DNA from: an uncultured Gemmatimonadales bacterium
GTDB taxonomy: Bacteria; Gemmatimonadota; Gemmatimonadetes; Gemmatimonadales; GWC2-71-9
DNA length: 64,000 nt
Direction: 5' to 3'
Assembly: GCA_963842945.1 (NCBI GenBank)
Contig: CAWJIM010000023.1
Location: 384,001 to 448,000 of the forward strand
Part shown: positions 1 to 9,928 of the stretch, piece after piece
Position numbering within the stretch: the stretch's first letter is position 1
Layout of the letters: each line of letters starts with the position of its first letter
Notes under the pieces: model-generated
Seen by the model: the letters and a program-made list of their open reading frames with translations, nothing else
The model's database searches: none
What the model was told of the DNA's origin: nothing
Translations under genes and position numbers: made by a program

Positions 1-190
1 CCAGGTGCTCCGCCCGCAGGGTGACAAACCCGCGCGGCGTTGCCAGCCGGGCCAGCCGTTCTCCCGCCATGTTCACCATGCGTTGGGTAACGCCAGGAAA
101 GATCGGCACCACCTGATACCAAATCTTCGGATCGAGGTCCAGATACCTGCGCCGGTGTTCGTCCTTGAGTCGGGCCTGCACTCCGGGCAT
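1..190 (-). CDS. Small hypothetical protein, running off the window edge (MPGVQARLKDEHRRRYLDLDPKIWYQVVPIFPGVTQRMVNMAGERLARLATPRGFVTLRAEHL...)
   Basis: Manual translation: ATG at 190, GGAG upstream, open frame to position 1. Absent from the ORF track because no stop falls in the window. Confidence 0.55.
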   Translation of the reverse strand, partial: MPGVQARLKDEHRRRYLDLDPKIWYQVVPIFPGVTQRMVNMAGERLARLATPRGFVTLRAEHL

Positions 191-220
191 TTGTGCTCCG
201 AAAGCGGGGAAGTCGGGAGT

Positions 221-311
221 GGGGAAGACGGGAAGGGCGGGGTGAAGGAATATAAGGTGCCAGGCCTAGCCGCCCAAGTCGCAAACTTTCCCCGTCCTTC
301 CCGTCTTTCCC
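221..311. repeat. Inverted pair of short (~9-nt) tandem repeat arrays forming a ~22-bp stem
   Basis: ggggaagacgggaagggcgggg (221-242) pairs with ccccgtccttcccgtctttccc (290-311); unit ACGGGAA(G/A)G. Confidence 0.7.
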
Positions 312-317
312 GTCCTT

Positions 318-3230
318 CTAATACGCCGGCGGGTCGCTGGCGGGGAACGACTCCTTGGATCCCTCGTCCACTCTCTTGGCGTTGGGCCGCGACTCCGGCG
401 TGGTGGAGGGTCCCGGCCCGATGGCCCGGGCCTTCTGCCGGCCCCAAAGCAGCTGCCGCAGCACATACTGCAGGATTCCGCCGTGCTGGTAGTAGAGCAC
501 CTCCTGCGGGGTGTCGATCCGAATCGTGACCTCGAAGCGGGCCACGGCGCCGTCCTCCCTGCGGGCGTTCACCATCAGAGTGCGGCCGGCGGCAAACGCG
601 GTCTCGATCGCACGGGCGAGGCCCTCCAGATCGTACACTTCGCGTCCGGTGAGCCCCAGGCTTTGGACCGATTGCCCCGGGGTAAACTGCAGAGGAAGGA
701 TGCCCATCCCCACCAGATTCGAGCGGTGGATTCGCTCGTAGCTCTCGGCGATCACGGCACGAATTCCCTGCAGGGCGGGGCCCTTGGCCGCCCAGTCCCG
801 GCTGGAGCCGGAGCCGTATTCCTTGCCGGCCAAAACCAGCAGCGGCGTCTCTGAGGTCTGATACCGCACCGCCGCGTCGTAGATCGACATGACCTCGCCG
901 GTCGGCAGGTACGTCGTGACGCCCCCCTCGGTGCCCGGCGCCAGCCGATTCCGAATCCTGGTATTGGCAAAGGTGCCCCGGACCAGAACCTCATGATTGC
1001 CGCGCCGGGATCCATATGAGTTGAAATCCGCCGGGGCCACGCCCTGAGCGATGAGATACCGCCCAGCCGGGGAATCCTTCTTTATGCTCCCGGCAGGCGA
1101 TATGTGGTCGGTGGTGACGCTGTCGCCCAGCACGGCAATGACTCGTGCCCCGCGGATCTCCTCCACCGTTGTGGGGCTCTCCTTCGACATGCCTTTGAAG
1201 TAGGGCGGCTGCCGGACATAGGTGGACGTAGGGGCCCACTCGAACCGATCGCCCTCGGGCACCTCCAGGCCGTTCCATCGCTCGTCGCCGGCAAAGACGG
1301 CGCCATAGCTCCGGCGGTACATCTCGGATTTGATCGACGATTGGAGAGTCTGCTCCACCTCCGCCGAGCTCGGCCAGATATCCCGGAGATAAACCGGCTG
1401 GCCCTGGGGATCGTGTCCCAGCGGCTCCTCGAACAGATCGATGTCGATCCTGCCTGCCAGGGCAAAGGCGACCACCAAAGGCGGCGACATGAGATAGTTG
1501 GCCCGCACGTCGGAGTTGATCCGCCCCTCGAAGTTGCGATTGCCGGACAGGACCGAGCAGGCCACCAGCTGCCGCCGCTGAATGGCGTCGGAGATCTCGA
1601 GCGGAAGGGGGCCCGAGTTGCCGATGCAGGTGGTGCAGCCGTATCCCACCAGATTGAAGCCCAGCTGCTCCAGATAGGGCGTGAGCCCCGCCCGATCGTA
1701 ATAGTCCGTCACGACCTTGGAGCCCGGAGCAAGCGACGTCTTGACCCAGGGTTTCCGCTCGAGCCCGCGCTCCACCGCCTTCTTGGCGAGGAGACCGGCG
1801 GCCAGCATGACCGAAGGATTGGAGGTGTTGGTGCAACTGGTGATGGCCGCGATCACCACCGAGCCGTGGTCGAGCACCTCGGCCGCATCTTCGAGCATGA
1901 CCGCGCGAGTAGACGGCGATTCCGGCGAGCCCTCGCCCCAGACCCCCACCGCGCCCGGCCCTTCACTGGAGCCCTTGGCGGCCTCCTTGCCCGGCAGGCT
2001 GGTGCCGGCAGGTAACAGACTGGGCAAGGCATCACGGAACGAGCGGCGCGCTTCGGAGAGCCGAATGCGGTCCTGGGGCCGGCGGGGACCCGCGATGCTG
2101 GGCTCTACCTTGGAGAGATCGAGGGCCAGGGTGTCGGTAAACACCGGCTCGGGCGACCTGGCCGAATGGAAGAGCCCCTGCTCTTTCATGTAGGCCTCGA
2201 CCAGAGCGACTCGCTCGTCGGATCGGCCGGTGAACCGGAGATACTGCAGGGTCACGTCGTCAACCGGGAAGATGGCGCAGGTGGCCCCGTACTCGGGCGA
2301 CATGTTCCCGATGGTGGCCCGATCGGCCAGCGCCAGGCTGGCGAGTCCCGGGCCGTAGAATTCCACGAACTTGCCCACCACGCCTTTGCGACGGAGAAGC
2401 TCTGTCACGGTGAGCACCAGGTCTGTTGCGGTGGCTCCTTCGGGCAACCGTCCCTCCAGCCGGAATCCGATGACTTCGGGAATCAGCATGGAAACCGGCT
2501 GGCCCAGCATGGCGGCTTCCGCCTCGATCCCTCCGACTCCCCAGCCCAGCACCCCCAGACCATTGATCATGGGGGTATGCGAATCGGTCCCTACGAGGGT
2601 GTCCGGGTAGGCCTGGGGCAGCTCTCCGCTTCGGGCGTGGGGGTTCTCATCCGAGGTGAACACCACCCGCGCCAGGTACTCGAGATTCACCTGGTGGACG
2701 ATCCCGGTGTTGGGCGGGACCACGCGGAAGTTGTCGAAGGCTCGCTGGCCCCAGCGGAGAAACTGGTATCGCTCGCGGTTGCGCTGGTAGTCGAGATCGA
2801 CGTTGGTCAGGAAGGCGCTAGACGTCCCGAACGCATCTACCTGCACCGAGTGATCCACCACCAGCTCCACCGGCTGGAGTGGATTGATTCGAGCAGGATC
2901 CCCCCCCAGCTCGGCCATGGCATCGCGCATCGCGGCCAGGTCGACCACCGCGGGGACCCCGGTGAAGTCCTGCAGCAGCACCCGCGCTGGAGTGAAGGCG
3001 ATCTCCCGGAGCGGAGCGTTGGCCGGCGTCCAGCCAGCCAGGGCCACGATATCATCCCGGGTGACGGTGACCCCGTCTTCGGTTCTGAGCAGATCTTCCA
3101 GGAGAATGCGGAGGGAGTACGGCAGGCGAGTAATGTCGATTCCGTTCCGGGTCAGAGCGTCGAGCCGGAACATTTCGAAGCTTCTGACGCCTACTGTCAG
3201 CTTGGCTCGGGCACCAAATGAGTCGTTCAT
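318..3230 (-). CDS. acnA: Aconitate hydratase A with C-terminal extension
   Basis: [48 protein letters not shown] motifs; start at 3230 or 3236. Confidence 0.97.
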   Translation of the reverse strand: MNDSFGARAKLTVGVRSFEMFRLDALTRNGIDITRLPYSLRILLEDLLRTEDGVTVTRDDIVALAGWTPANAPLREIAFTPARVLLQDFTGVPAVVDLAAMRDAMAELGGDPARINPLQPVELVVDHSVQVDAFGTSSAFLTNVDLDYQRNRERYQFLRWGQRAFDNFRVVPPNTGIVHQVNLEYLARVVFTSDENPHARSGELPQAYPDTLVGTDSHTPMINGLGVLGWGVGGIEAEAAMLGQPVSMLIPEVIGFRLEGRLPEGATATDLVLTVTELLRRKGVVGKFVEFYGPGLASLALADRATIGNMSPEYGATCAIFPVDDVTLQYLRFTGRSDERVALVEAYMKEQGLFHSARSPEPVFTDTLALDLSKVEPSIAGPRRPQDRIRLSEARRSFRDALPSLLPAGTSLPGKEAAKGSSEGPGAVGVWGEGSPESPSTRAVMLEDAAEVLDHGSVVIAAITSCTNTSNPSVMLAAGLLAKKAVERGLERKPWVKTSLAPGSKVVTDYYDRAGLTPYLEQLGFNLVGYGCTTCIGNSGPLPLEISDAIQRRQLVACSVLSGNRNFEGRINSDVRANYLMSPPLVVAFALAGRIDIDLFEEPLGHDPQGQPVYLRDIWPSSAEVEQTLQSSIKSEMYRRSYGAVFAGDERWNGLEVPEGDRFEWAPTSTYVRQPPYFKGMSKESPTTVEEIRGARVIAVLGDSVTTDHISPAGSIKKDSPAGRYLIAQGVAPADFNSYGSRRGNHEVLVRGTFANTRIRNRLAPGTEGGVTTYLPTGEVMSIYDAAVRYQTSETPLLVLAGKEYGSGSSRDWAAKGPALQGIRAVIAESYERIHRSNLVGMGILPLQFTPGQSVQSLGLTGREVYDLEGLARAIETAFAAGRTLMVNARREDGAVARFEVTIRIDTPQEVLYYQHGGILQYVLRQLLWGRQKARAIGPGPSTTPESRPNAKRVDEGSKESFPASDPPAY

Positions 3231-3377
3231 GTTCATAAACTAAGCGGTTTAGCCCATTCGAGCAGGTTGGCCGTACGCTGCCACAATGCTGCCGGTATCT
3301 CTGACAGTGGACAATCCGACCAGAGCCTTTTACAGTGATGGTCCGTTGGATGTTCGTGGCATCCATCATCCCACCCA

Positions 3378-4454
3378 ATGGTCATAGCCGCAATGCCACA
3401 CGCCGCAGACGGTGCGATGCCGGTCGTGGCCGGCAGCGCCAGTTGTCTGATCGTCGATGACGAACCCAGCGTTCGTCGCTCGCTGTCCCGCATGCTTCAG
3501 GCTCAGGGATTTCACTGCCTGGAGGCCTGCAGCGGGCGAGAGGGGCTGCAGGTTCTGGAGAGGACCGGCGAGATCCCGCTCATCATCTCGGATATGAAAA
3601 TGCCCGAGCTGGACGGGATGGCTTTCCTGGAGGCGGTGCGCCGGCAATTCCCCGACAGCTCGGTCATCATGTTGAGCGGCATGAGTGAGACGACGACCGC
3701 GGTGGACTGCCTCCATCTCGGCGCAGCCGACTTCCTGCTGAAGCCCATCTCTCTCAGTGAGCTGCAGGCCCGAGTGAGCCGGGCGCTGGAGAAGCGGGCC
3801 CTGGTCCTGCAGAATCGGTTTTACCAGCAGCATCTGGAGCAACAGGTCCAGGCCCAGGCCACGCGAATCCAGGAGCTGTTTCTCCAGGGAGTCCAGATGC
3901 TGGCCCGAGCGCTGGAGGCCAAGGATGCCTACACCCGGGGGCACTCGATGCGGGTAAGCCAGTACGCTGTCGCTACCGCGTCCCGCCTGGGATTCAGCGG
4001 GCAGAGCCTGGAGGGGATTCGCCTGGGAGGGGAGCTGCACGACATCGGCAAGATCGGCACCCGGGAGGCGGTCCTGCACAAACCGACTTCGCTCACCCCG
4101 GAAGAGTTCCGCCAGATCACCGAGCACCCGGTGCTGGGAGAGCGGATGCTCTCACCCCTGGCGCACGAGTCACCCGATGTTCTCAAGATCGTGCGCTCGC
4201 ATCACGAGCGGCTGGACGGCCGCGGCTTTCCCGACGGTCTCAGGGGGGAGAAGATCCCGATCGAGGCCCGGATCGTGGCGGTCGCCGACTCCTTCGACGC
4301 CATGACCACCCGGCGGCCCTACCGGGAAGCCCGGCCCCCGGCCGAGGCGCTGGGCGAGCTTCGGAAAGTGGCCGGCACGCAGCTCGATCCTGACGCCGTG
4401 GAAGCGTTCGTCGCGGCCTACCCCGATCCGAGGGTGCTGCCTATCCCGGCGTAA
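3378..4454 (+). CDS. Response regulator with HD-GYP phosphodiesterase domain (RpfG-like)
   Basis: N-terminal REC (IVDDE, ISDMKMP, KP); HDIGK and HHERLDGRGFP motifs. Confidence 0.93.
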   Translation: MVIAAMPHAADGAMPVVAGSASCLIVDDEPSVRRSLSRMLQAQGFHCLEACSGREGLQVLERTGEIPLIISDMKMPELDGMAFLEAVRRQFPDSSVIMLSGMSETTTAVDCLHLGAADFLLKPISLSELQARVSRALEKRALVLQNRFYQQHLEQQVQAQATRIQELFLQGVQMLARALEAKDAYTRGHSMRVSQYAVATASRLGFSGQSLEGIRLGGELHDIGKIGTREAVLHKPTSLTPEEFRQITEHPVLGERMLSPLAHESPDVLKIVRSHHERLDGRGFPDGLRGEKIPIEARIVAVADSFDAMTTRRPYREARPPAEALGELRKVAGTQLDPDAVEAFVAAYPDPRVLPIPA

Positions 4455-4462
4455 CGACCGGG

Positions 4463-4645
4463 CTACAACTCCCGCAGCATGGTGCGCATCCGAATGGCGA
4501 GCGCCTCGATCTCCCGCAGGCTCGTGAGCGTCTCCGGATCGATTTTCGACTCGTTCAGCAGCAGCAGCTGGGTTTCGGCAAGCAGGGCGGAGAGTGGATT
4601 GGAAAGGTCGTGGCGTAGCCTACTGAGCCGCTCGGTGTCGTTCAT
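4463..4645 (-). CDS. Stand-alone HisKA/DHp-only small protein (60 aa)
   Basis: MNDTERLSRLRHDLSNPLSALLAETQLL: H-box followed by two predicted helices; TAAGG upstream of ATG. Confidence 0.8.
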   Translation of the reverse strand: MNDTERLSRLRHDLSNPLSALLAETQLLLLNESKIDPETLTSLREIEALAIRMRTMLREL

Positions 4646-4746
4646 CGTGGCCTTACGCCAGGAGCAGAGACCTTGGGAAACGGGGCTTGTGCTGGGGGTG
4701 GGAAACATTGTAGCTGCAGGGAACGTTCCGCAATAGGGCGTCCCCC

Positions 4747-4775
4747 TTGACTCTCCAGGCGGAACTGTCTACCTT
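4747..4775 (+). promoter_or_regulatory. Sigma-70-type promoter of rho
   Basis: TTGACT-17 nt-TACCTT. Confidence 0.7.
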
Positions 4776-4955
4776 CGAGTGCTTCTTGGTCACTACGAAA
4801 CTCCCCGTCTACACACACCTTTTCGTTAGCTCCGGCCCTGTTTGACGGGCCACTACATACACAATACACAGTACAACCCCGCTGGATCTTGCACTTTCAT
4901 ACTTCCCCATTAGGCCCACTGCGTGCCGAGCCCGTCCGCCCCTGGAGTTCCACTC

Positions 4956-6203
4956 GTGGATATCGCTGAGCTGAAGCAGAAGTCCGTCGCTGAGCTCCAC
5001 ACCCTGGCTGAGCAGTTGAACATCTCCAACTACTCAGGCCTCCGTAAGCAGGACCTCATTTTCCGGATCGAGCAGTCGCTGCTGGACTCCGACACCGTTA
5101 TTCGCGGTGAAGGCGTGCTCGAGATCCTGCCCGAGGGGTACGGCTTTCTCAGAAGCCAGGATTGGAACTACCTCTACGGTCCCGACGACATCTATGTCTC
5201 GCCCAGCCAGATCAAGCGGTTCGACCTGCGCACCGGCGACACCGTCATGGGTCAGGTCCGGCCCCCCAAGGAGGGCGAGCGCTACCTGGCCCTGCTCAAG
5301 GTCGAGCAGGTCAACTTCGAGGAACCGGAGAAGACCAAGCACCGGATCGCCTTCGACAATCTGCGCCCCCGGTATCCCGACGCCCGGATCCGGTTGGAGC
5401 GCAAGAACGGCGATTTGTCGATGCGGGTGGTCGATCTGCTCAGTCCGCTGGGCAAGGGCCAGCGCGCGCTGATTGTGGCCCCGCCCAAGGCCGGCAAGAC
5501 GATCCTGATGCAGAAGCTGGCGAATGCGATCAGCGAGAATCATCCGGAAATCGTGCTGATCGTGCTCCTGATCGATGAGCGGCCCGAGGAAGTCACCGAC
5601 ATGGAGGAGAACGTCAAAGCCGAAGTCATCTCCTCCACCTTCGATGAGCCGGCCGACCGCCACGTTCAGGTGGCCGACATGGTCATCGAGAAGTCCAAGC
5701 GGCTGGTCGAGCATGGCCGCGACGTGGTCATCCTCCTGGACTCGATTACCCGCCTGGCCCGGGCCCACAACGTGGTGGTGCCGCACTCGGGCAAGATCTT
5801 GTCCGGTGGTGTCGACGCCAACGCCCTGCAAAAGCCCAAGCGGTTCTTCGGGGCCGCGCGGAACATCGACAAGGGCGGAAGCCTGAGCATCATCGCGACG
5901 GCCCTGATCGACACCGGCAGCCGGATGGACGAGGTGATCTTCGAGGAGTTCAAGGGCACGGGCAATTCCGAGCTGGTGCTCGACCGCCGCCTGGCCGACC
6001 GCCGGATCTATCCCGCCATCGATATTCAGCGGACCTCCACCCGGAAGGAGGAGCTCCTGATGGACAAGGACGAGCTCAACCGGGTGTACCTGCTACGGAA
6101 CTTCCTGGCGGATATGCCGCCGGTGGAGGCGCTGGAGTTCCTCCTGGAACGGATGAAGCGCACCAAGAACAACAAGGAGTTCTTCGCCACGATGGCGCAG
6201 TAG
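4956..6203 (+). CDS. rho: Transcription termination factor Rho
   Basis: [50 protein letters not shown] before GTG at 4956 (alternative start 4923). Confidence 0.98.
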   Translation: MDIAELKQKSVAELHTLAEQLNISNYSGLRKQDLIFRIEQSLLDSDTVIRGEGVLEILPEGYGFLRSQDWNYLYGPDDIYVSPSQIKRFDLRTGDTVMGQVRPPKEGERYLALLKVEQVNFEEPEKTKHRIAFDNLRPRYPDARIRLERKNGDLSMRVVDLLSPLGKGQRALIVAPPKAGKTILMQKLANAISENHPEIVLIVLLIDERPEEVTDMEENVKAEVISSTFDEPADRHVQVADMVIEKSKRLVEHGRDVVILLDSITRLARAHNVVVPHSGKILSGGVDANALQKPKRFFGAARNIDKGGSLSIIATALIDTGSRMDEVIFEEFKGTGNSELVLDRRLADRRIYPAIDIQRTSTRKEELLMDKDELNRVYLLRNFLADMPPVEALEFLLERMKRTKNNKEFFATMAQ

Positions 6204-6210
6204 CAGTCCC

Positions 6211-6300
6211 CAGTGAACGGTGAGCAGTGAGCGGTGAGCGGGTCCGGAGAGCAGATCCCGGTTGCCCTCTCACCGTTTACCGTTTACCGCTCACCGTTTA
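6211..6300. repeat. Inverted heptamer tandem arrays (CGGTGAG / CTCACCG-TTTACCG) forming a long hairpin after rho
   Basis: cagtgaa-cggtgag-cagtgag-cggtgag versus ctcaccg-tttaccg-tttaccg-ctcaccg. Confidence 0.8.
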
Positions 6301-6311
6301 TTTTGGCTTCG

Positions 6312-6755
6312 ATGCCCATCCCAACATCCGGCCGCATACTCGCCATCGACTGGGGCGAGGTGCGAATCGGGCTCGCGCTGAGCGACGAGACCCAGACCCT
6401 GGCCACACCGCTCGACACCCTGGTCCGCCGCGCCGGAAAGCGGTTCCCCATGGCCCGCTTCCTCGACCTGGTCTCGGCTCACTTGCCGGTGGGTATAATG
6501 GTCGGCCTGCCGCTCACCCTCGAGGGGAACGAAGAGGAGAGCGCGCTCGCCGCCCGGCAACTCGCCCAGGACGTGGCGGCCCGGAGCCGGCTCCCGGTGG
6601 ATATGTGGGACGAGCGGCTGAGCACCGCCCGGGCGCTGGCCGCGGTCCGGGAACAAGGTCGGTCTACCAGAGGTCGAAAAAAGGCGGTGGACGCCCTGGC
6701 GGCCGCAGTCATGCTGCAGCATTTCCTGGACGCGCGTCGAGGGGGACTGCAGTGA
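6312..6755 (+). CDS. ruvX: Holliday junction resolvase-like / pre-16S rRNA nuclease YqgF
   Basis: ILAIDWGEVRIGLALSD, VGLP, WDERLST, VDALAA. Confidence 0.93.
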   Translation: MPIPTSGRILAIDWGEVRIGLALSDETQTLATPLDTLVRRAGKRFPMARFLDLVSAHLPVGIMVGLPLTLEGNEEESALAARQLAQDVAARSRLPVDMWDERLSTARALAAVREQGRSTRGRKKAVDALAAAVMLQHFLDARRGGLQ

Positions 6756-7756
6756 CGGGGAGACTATCGAACCGTTCAGAGATTGGGAGCACGAGGGCCG
6801 TCCTCGTCATCCTCTCCGTTTTATCTGCCCTCTCCTGCACCTCCTCGGCCAAACCTGCCCGGGTCGTTCTCCCACCCGGCGCCTCCTTCGGGGCCGTGAC
6901 CGACAGCCTGGCCGCTCACGGCGTGATCTCCCACCCTGGCTGGTTCAAGCTGATGGCCAAGATCAGGAGAGTGGAACGATCGGTCCACGCCGGCGTGTAT
7001 GAATTCCCGGCCGGCACTTCTCCGTGGACCGCGCTCAGCATGCTGGCGCACGGGAAGAAGGCAGCGCTTCGGTTCACCGTGCCCGAAGGGTTGACCATCC
7101 AGGAAGTGGCGGCGCTGGCCGCGGAGCGGCTCGGCCTTCGAGCTGATTCCTTCGTGGTTGCGGCACGTGACAGCCAGGCCGCGAGCGAGTTGCTGGGTAT
7201 GCGGGTCCCCTCTTTCGAGGGGTTCCTGCGGCCCGAAACCTACGTCCTGCCGGCCGACCTCACCGCTCGACAGCTGGTGCGGATCATGGCCGATGGCTTC
7301 AAGTCTGAATGGAAGCCGGCATGGGATGCCCGACTGGACACCCTCAAAATGAACCGCCTGGAGTTGGTGACGCTCGCCAGCATTGTCGAGGGAGAGGCGA
7401 GGGTCGACGCCGAACGCGAGACCATCGCCGGCGTCTACCGCAACCGGCTCCGGATCGGCATGGCACTCCAGGCTGATCCCACGGTGCAGTACGCCATCAG
7501 TCTGAAACGGGGAAAGCGGAAGACCCGGCTGTTCGAGAAGGACTATCAGTTCGACTCGCCCTACAACACCTATTTGAATCCCGGGCTGCCTCCGGGCCCG
7601 GTGAACTCACCCAGCCGGCGGAGCATTGAGGCTTCACTCTACCCGGCGGACGTTCGCTATCTCTATTTCGTGGCCGGACCGGACGGACGCCACGTCTTCT
7701 CTCGCACCTACAACGAGCACCTCAGAGCGATCAGAAGGCTCAGACAGGGAGGCTAG
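6752..7756 (+). CDS. mltG: Endolytic transglycosylase MltG
   Basis: TVPEG, EGFLRPETY, LASIVEGE, LQADPT, SPYNTY, GLPPGP; GTGA overlap with ruvX. Confidence 0.95.
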   Translation: MTGRLSNRSEIGSTRAVLVILSVLSALSCTSSAKPARVVLPPGASFGAVTDSLAAHGVISHPGWFKLMAKIRRVERSVHAGVYEFPAGTSPWTALSMLAHGKKAALRFTVPEGLTIQEVAALAAERLGLRADSFVVAARDSQAASELLGMRVPSFEGFLRPETYVLPADLTARQLVRIMADGFKSEWKPAWDARLDTLKMNRLELVTLASIVEGEARVDAERETIAGVYRNRLRIGMALQADPTVQYAISLKRGKRKTRLFEKDYQFDSPYNTYLNPGLPPGPVNSPSRRSIEASLYPADVRYLYFVAGPDGRHVFSRTYNEHLRAIRRLRQGG

Positions 7757-8363
7757 CCCGGTACTCCCGTGCCGCGGCCTCGATGTCGCTCGCCCCGAGT
7801 ATCCCCGACACAACCGCCACGCCGGTTCCCCCCAGCGATAGCACCGGTCCTACGTCTACCGGTCTGATGCCGCCGATGGCGATGCAAGGCTTGCCCCGCG
7901 CCAGCTCGATAATCTGCCGAAAGCCCTCGGAGCCAAGCGCAACGCCCGCATCTCCCTTGGTCGTGGTCTCGCGCCAGGGTCCCACGCCCCAGTAATCCGC
8001 TTCAGCAGCGGGAGCCGCCTCGGCTTCGACCCCGACCGATGCACCGATAATGAAACCAGGCGGACTGACGGCCCGGGCGAGGTGCACCGGCATATCGTCG
8101 GGGCCGAGATGCACCCCCGCGGCCCCCGCGGCAATGGCGATGTCGGGGCGGTCGTTGACCAGCACGGGAACGTCCAACCCGGCCACCAGCCCCCGTACCA
8201 GCTCGACCAGCTCCCTCGGGGTCTCGTGTTTAAGCCTGACCTGTAGCGCCGTCATGCCGCCCCGCTGCGCGGCACGGGCCAACTGCAGCAGGTCTCTCCC
8301 CTGCACCAGCCGATCATCCGTCACCACCATCAGGCGGAGGAGCAACGCTACATTATGTCTCAT
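7740..8363 (-). CDS. thiE: Thiamine-phosphate synthase
   Basis: LRLMVVTD, QVRLK, VNDRPD, GVHLG, IAIGGI, GVAVVS. Confidence 0.92.
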   Translation of the reverse strand: MRHNVALLLRLMVVTDDRLVQGRDLLQLARAAQRGGMTALQVRLKHETPRELVELVRGLVAGLDVPVLVNDRPDIAIAAGAAGVHLGPDDMPVHLARAVSPPGFIIGASVGVEAEAAPAAEADYWGVGPWRETTTKGDAGVALGSEGFRQIIELARGKPCIAIGGIRPVDVGPVLSLGGTGVAVVSGILGASDIEAAAREYRASLPV

Positions 8364-8733
8364 GCCGTCTCCAGCTCGCCTTCAGGGAATCCGAGGAGCT
8401 ACTACAGTCAGCCGGAACGATCCCGGCGAGATCCTGTCTGCCACCGACGAACTGCTGCGGGCCCTGATCGATGCCAACAACCTCGAGCCTGACGATATCG
8501 TCAGTGCCCTCTTCACGGTGACCAGGGATCTGGACGCCGCATTTCCCGCTCGAGCCGCCGAAGAGTTCGGCTGGAATATCGTGGCCCTGCTCCATGCCAC
8601 CGAAATTCCGGTTCCCGGCTCGCTCCCCCGCTGTATTCGACTTCTGGTTCACGCCTATACCACCCGCACCCGTTCGGAAATCAAGCATTGCTATCTACGA
8701 GGAGCCACGGTTCTGCGGCCCGATCGGGCGTGA
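8362..8733 (+). CDS. aroH: Chorismate mutase, AroH type
   Basis: GIRGATT, FTVTRDLDAAFPA, LPRCIR, HCYLRGATVLRPD. Confidence 0.93.
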   Translation: MPSPARLQGIRGATTVSRNDPGEILSATDELLRALIDANNLEPDDIVSALFTVTRDLDAAFPARAAEEFGWNIVALLHATEIPVPGSLPRCIRLLVHAYTTRTRSEIKHCYLRGATVLRPDRA

Positions 8734-9884
8734 CCGTCGCCAAGGTGACCCCCCGCGGCGCGGAGCGCTGGGTTCGAGGGCACCCATGGATCTACCGGAG
8801 CGAGGTGCTTGCCGCCCCGGAGAATGCAGGTCTGGTCAGGGTGGAGGATGCCCGCGGAAAGTTTCTGGGTCAGGCGCTCTACTCACCCTCATCGGAGATC
8901 CGGCTCCGGCTCTTGGAGCGAGGTGAGCGCACGGTAGATGCGGCGTGGTGGCGAGAGCGGATTGCGCAGGCCGTCTCTCGCCGGGAGAGCATTGATGCCA
9001 CCGCATACCGGGTTGTCCACGGCGAGGGAGACGCACTGCCTTCGCTGGTCGTGGATCGCTACGACCGCTGGCTGGTTGTGCAGGTGCTCTCCGCCGGCCT
9101 GGAGACCATGCGAGACCGGATCATCGATGCCCTGACTGAGGTGCTGAAGCCGGAAGGGATCCTGCTGCGAAACGACGTTCCGGTCCGCCGCCGCGAGGGG
9201 CTGGCCCTGACACCAGAGCTGGCCCACGGAACTGTTCCAGAGGAGATCGAAGTGCGGGAGGGGATGGTCCGCTACCTGGCCGCACCCTGGCGCGGCCAGA
9301 AGACCGGCGCGTTCCTGGATCAACGGCCCAACCGGGTTCTGGCAGGAGATCAGATGCCACCCGGTGGCCGGGCGCTCGACTGCTTCACCTATCACGGGTC
9401 GTTCGCGCTGCACCTGGCTCGGCAAGCCGCTCACGTGCTGGCGCTCGACTCCAGCCAGGAGGCGCTGGAGCGCGGCGCCGCCAACGCGGGGCTCAACGGG
9501 CAGACTAACATCGAATGGCGAGAGGCCAATGCGCCGGAGGCGCTGCGGCAGATGGAGCGGGCGCGGGAACGGTTCGACGCCATCGTGCTGGATCCGCCGG
9601 CGTTCGCGAAATCACGAGCATCGGTGCCGGATGCGTTGCGAGGATACCGGGAAATCAATCTGCGCGCCCTCCGTCTCCTTGCGGAAGGAGGGTTCCTCTT
9701 GACCGCCTCCTGCTCTTTCCACGTCCGGCTGCCACAATTCCTAGGCATGCTGAGTGAAGCGGCGGGCGACAGCGGACGGCGGGTGGTGCTGGAGCGGATT
9801 CTCGGCCAGGGCGAGGATCATCCGGAGGTGCTCACCATCCCCGAGACAGGGTACTTGAAGGGGGCAGTGTTGCGAGTAGTCTAA
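8730..9884 (+). CDS. Class I SAM-dependent rRNA methyltransferase, RlmI-like
   Basis: PUA-like GHPWIY start, GQKTGAFLDQR, LDPPAF, TASCS. Confidence 0.9.
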   Translation: MTVAKVTPRGAERWVRGHPWIYRSEVLAAPENAGLVRVEDARGKFLGQALYSPSSEIRLRLLERGERTVDAAWWRERIAQAVSRRESIDATAYRVVHGEGDALPSLVVDRYDRWLVVQVLSAGLETMRDRIIDALTEVLKPEGILLRNDVPVRRREGLALTPELAHGTVPEEIEVREGMVRYLAAPWRGQKTGAFLDQRPNRVLAGDQMPPGGRALDCFTYHGSFALHLARQAAHVLALDSSQEALERGAANAGLNGQTNIEWREANAPEALRQMERARERFDAIVLDPPAFAKSRASVPDALRGYREINLRALRLLAEGGFLLTASCSFHVRLPQFLGMLSEAAGDSGRRVVLERILGQGEDHPEVLTIPETGYLKGAVLRVV

Positions 9885-9928
9885 GATGAGAGACTAGACT
9901 TTACGCTCCACCTTTCCCAACTTGCACC

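Noticed and set aside
4200..4240. GFP instead of GYP in the HD-GYP motif as evidence of inactivation
   Set aside because: Conservative substitution; HD and HHE metal ligands are intact
6211..6300. Short repeats as a CRISPR array
   Set aside because: Units are 7 nt, tandem and inverted, with no spacers and no cas genes
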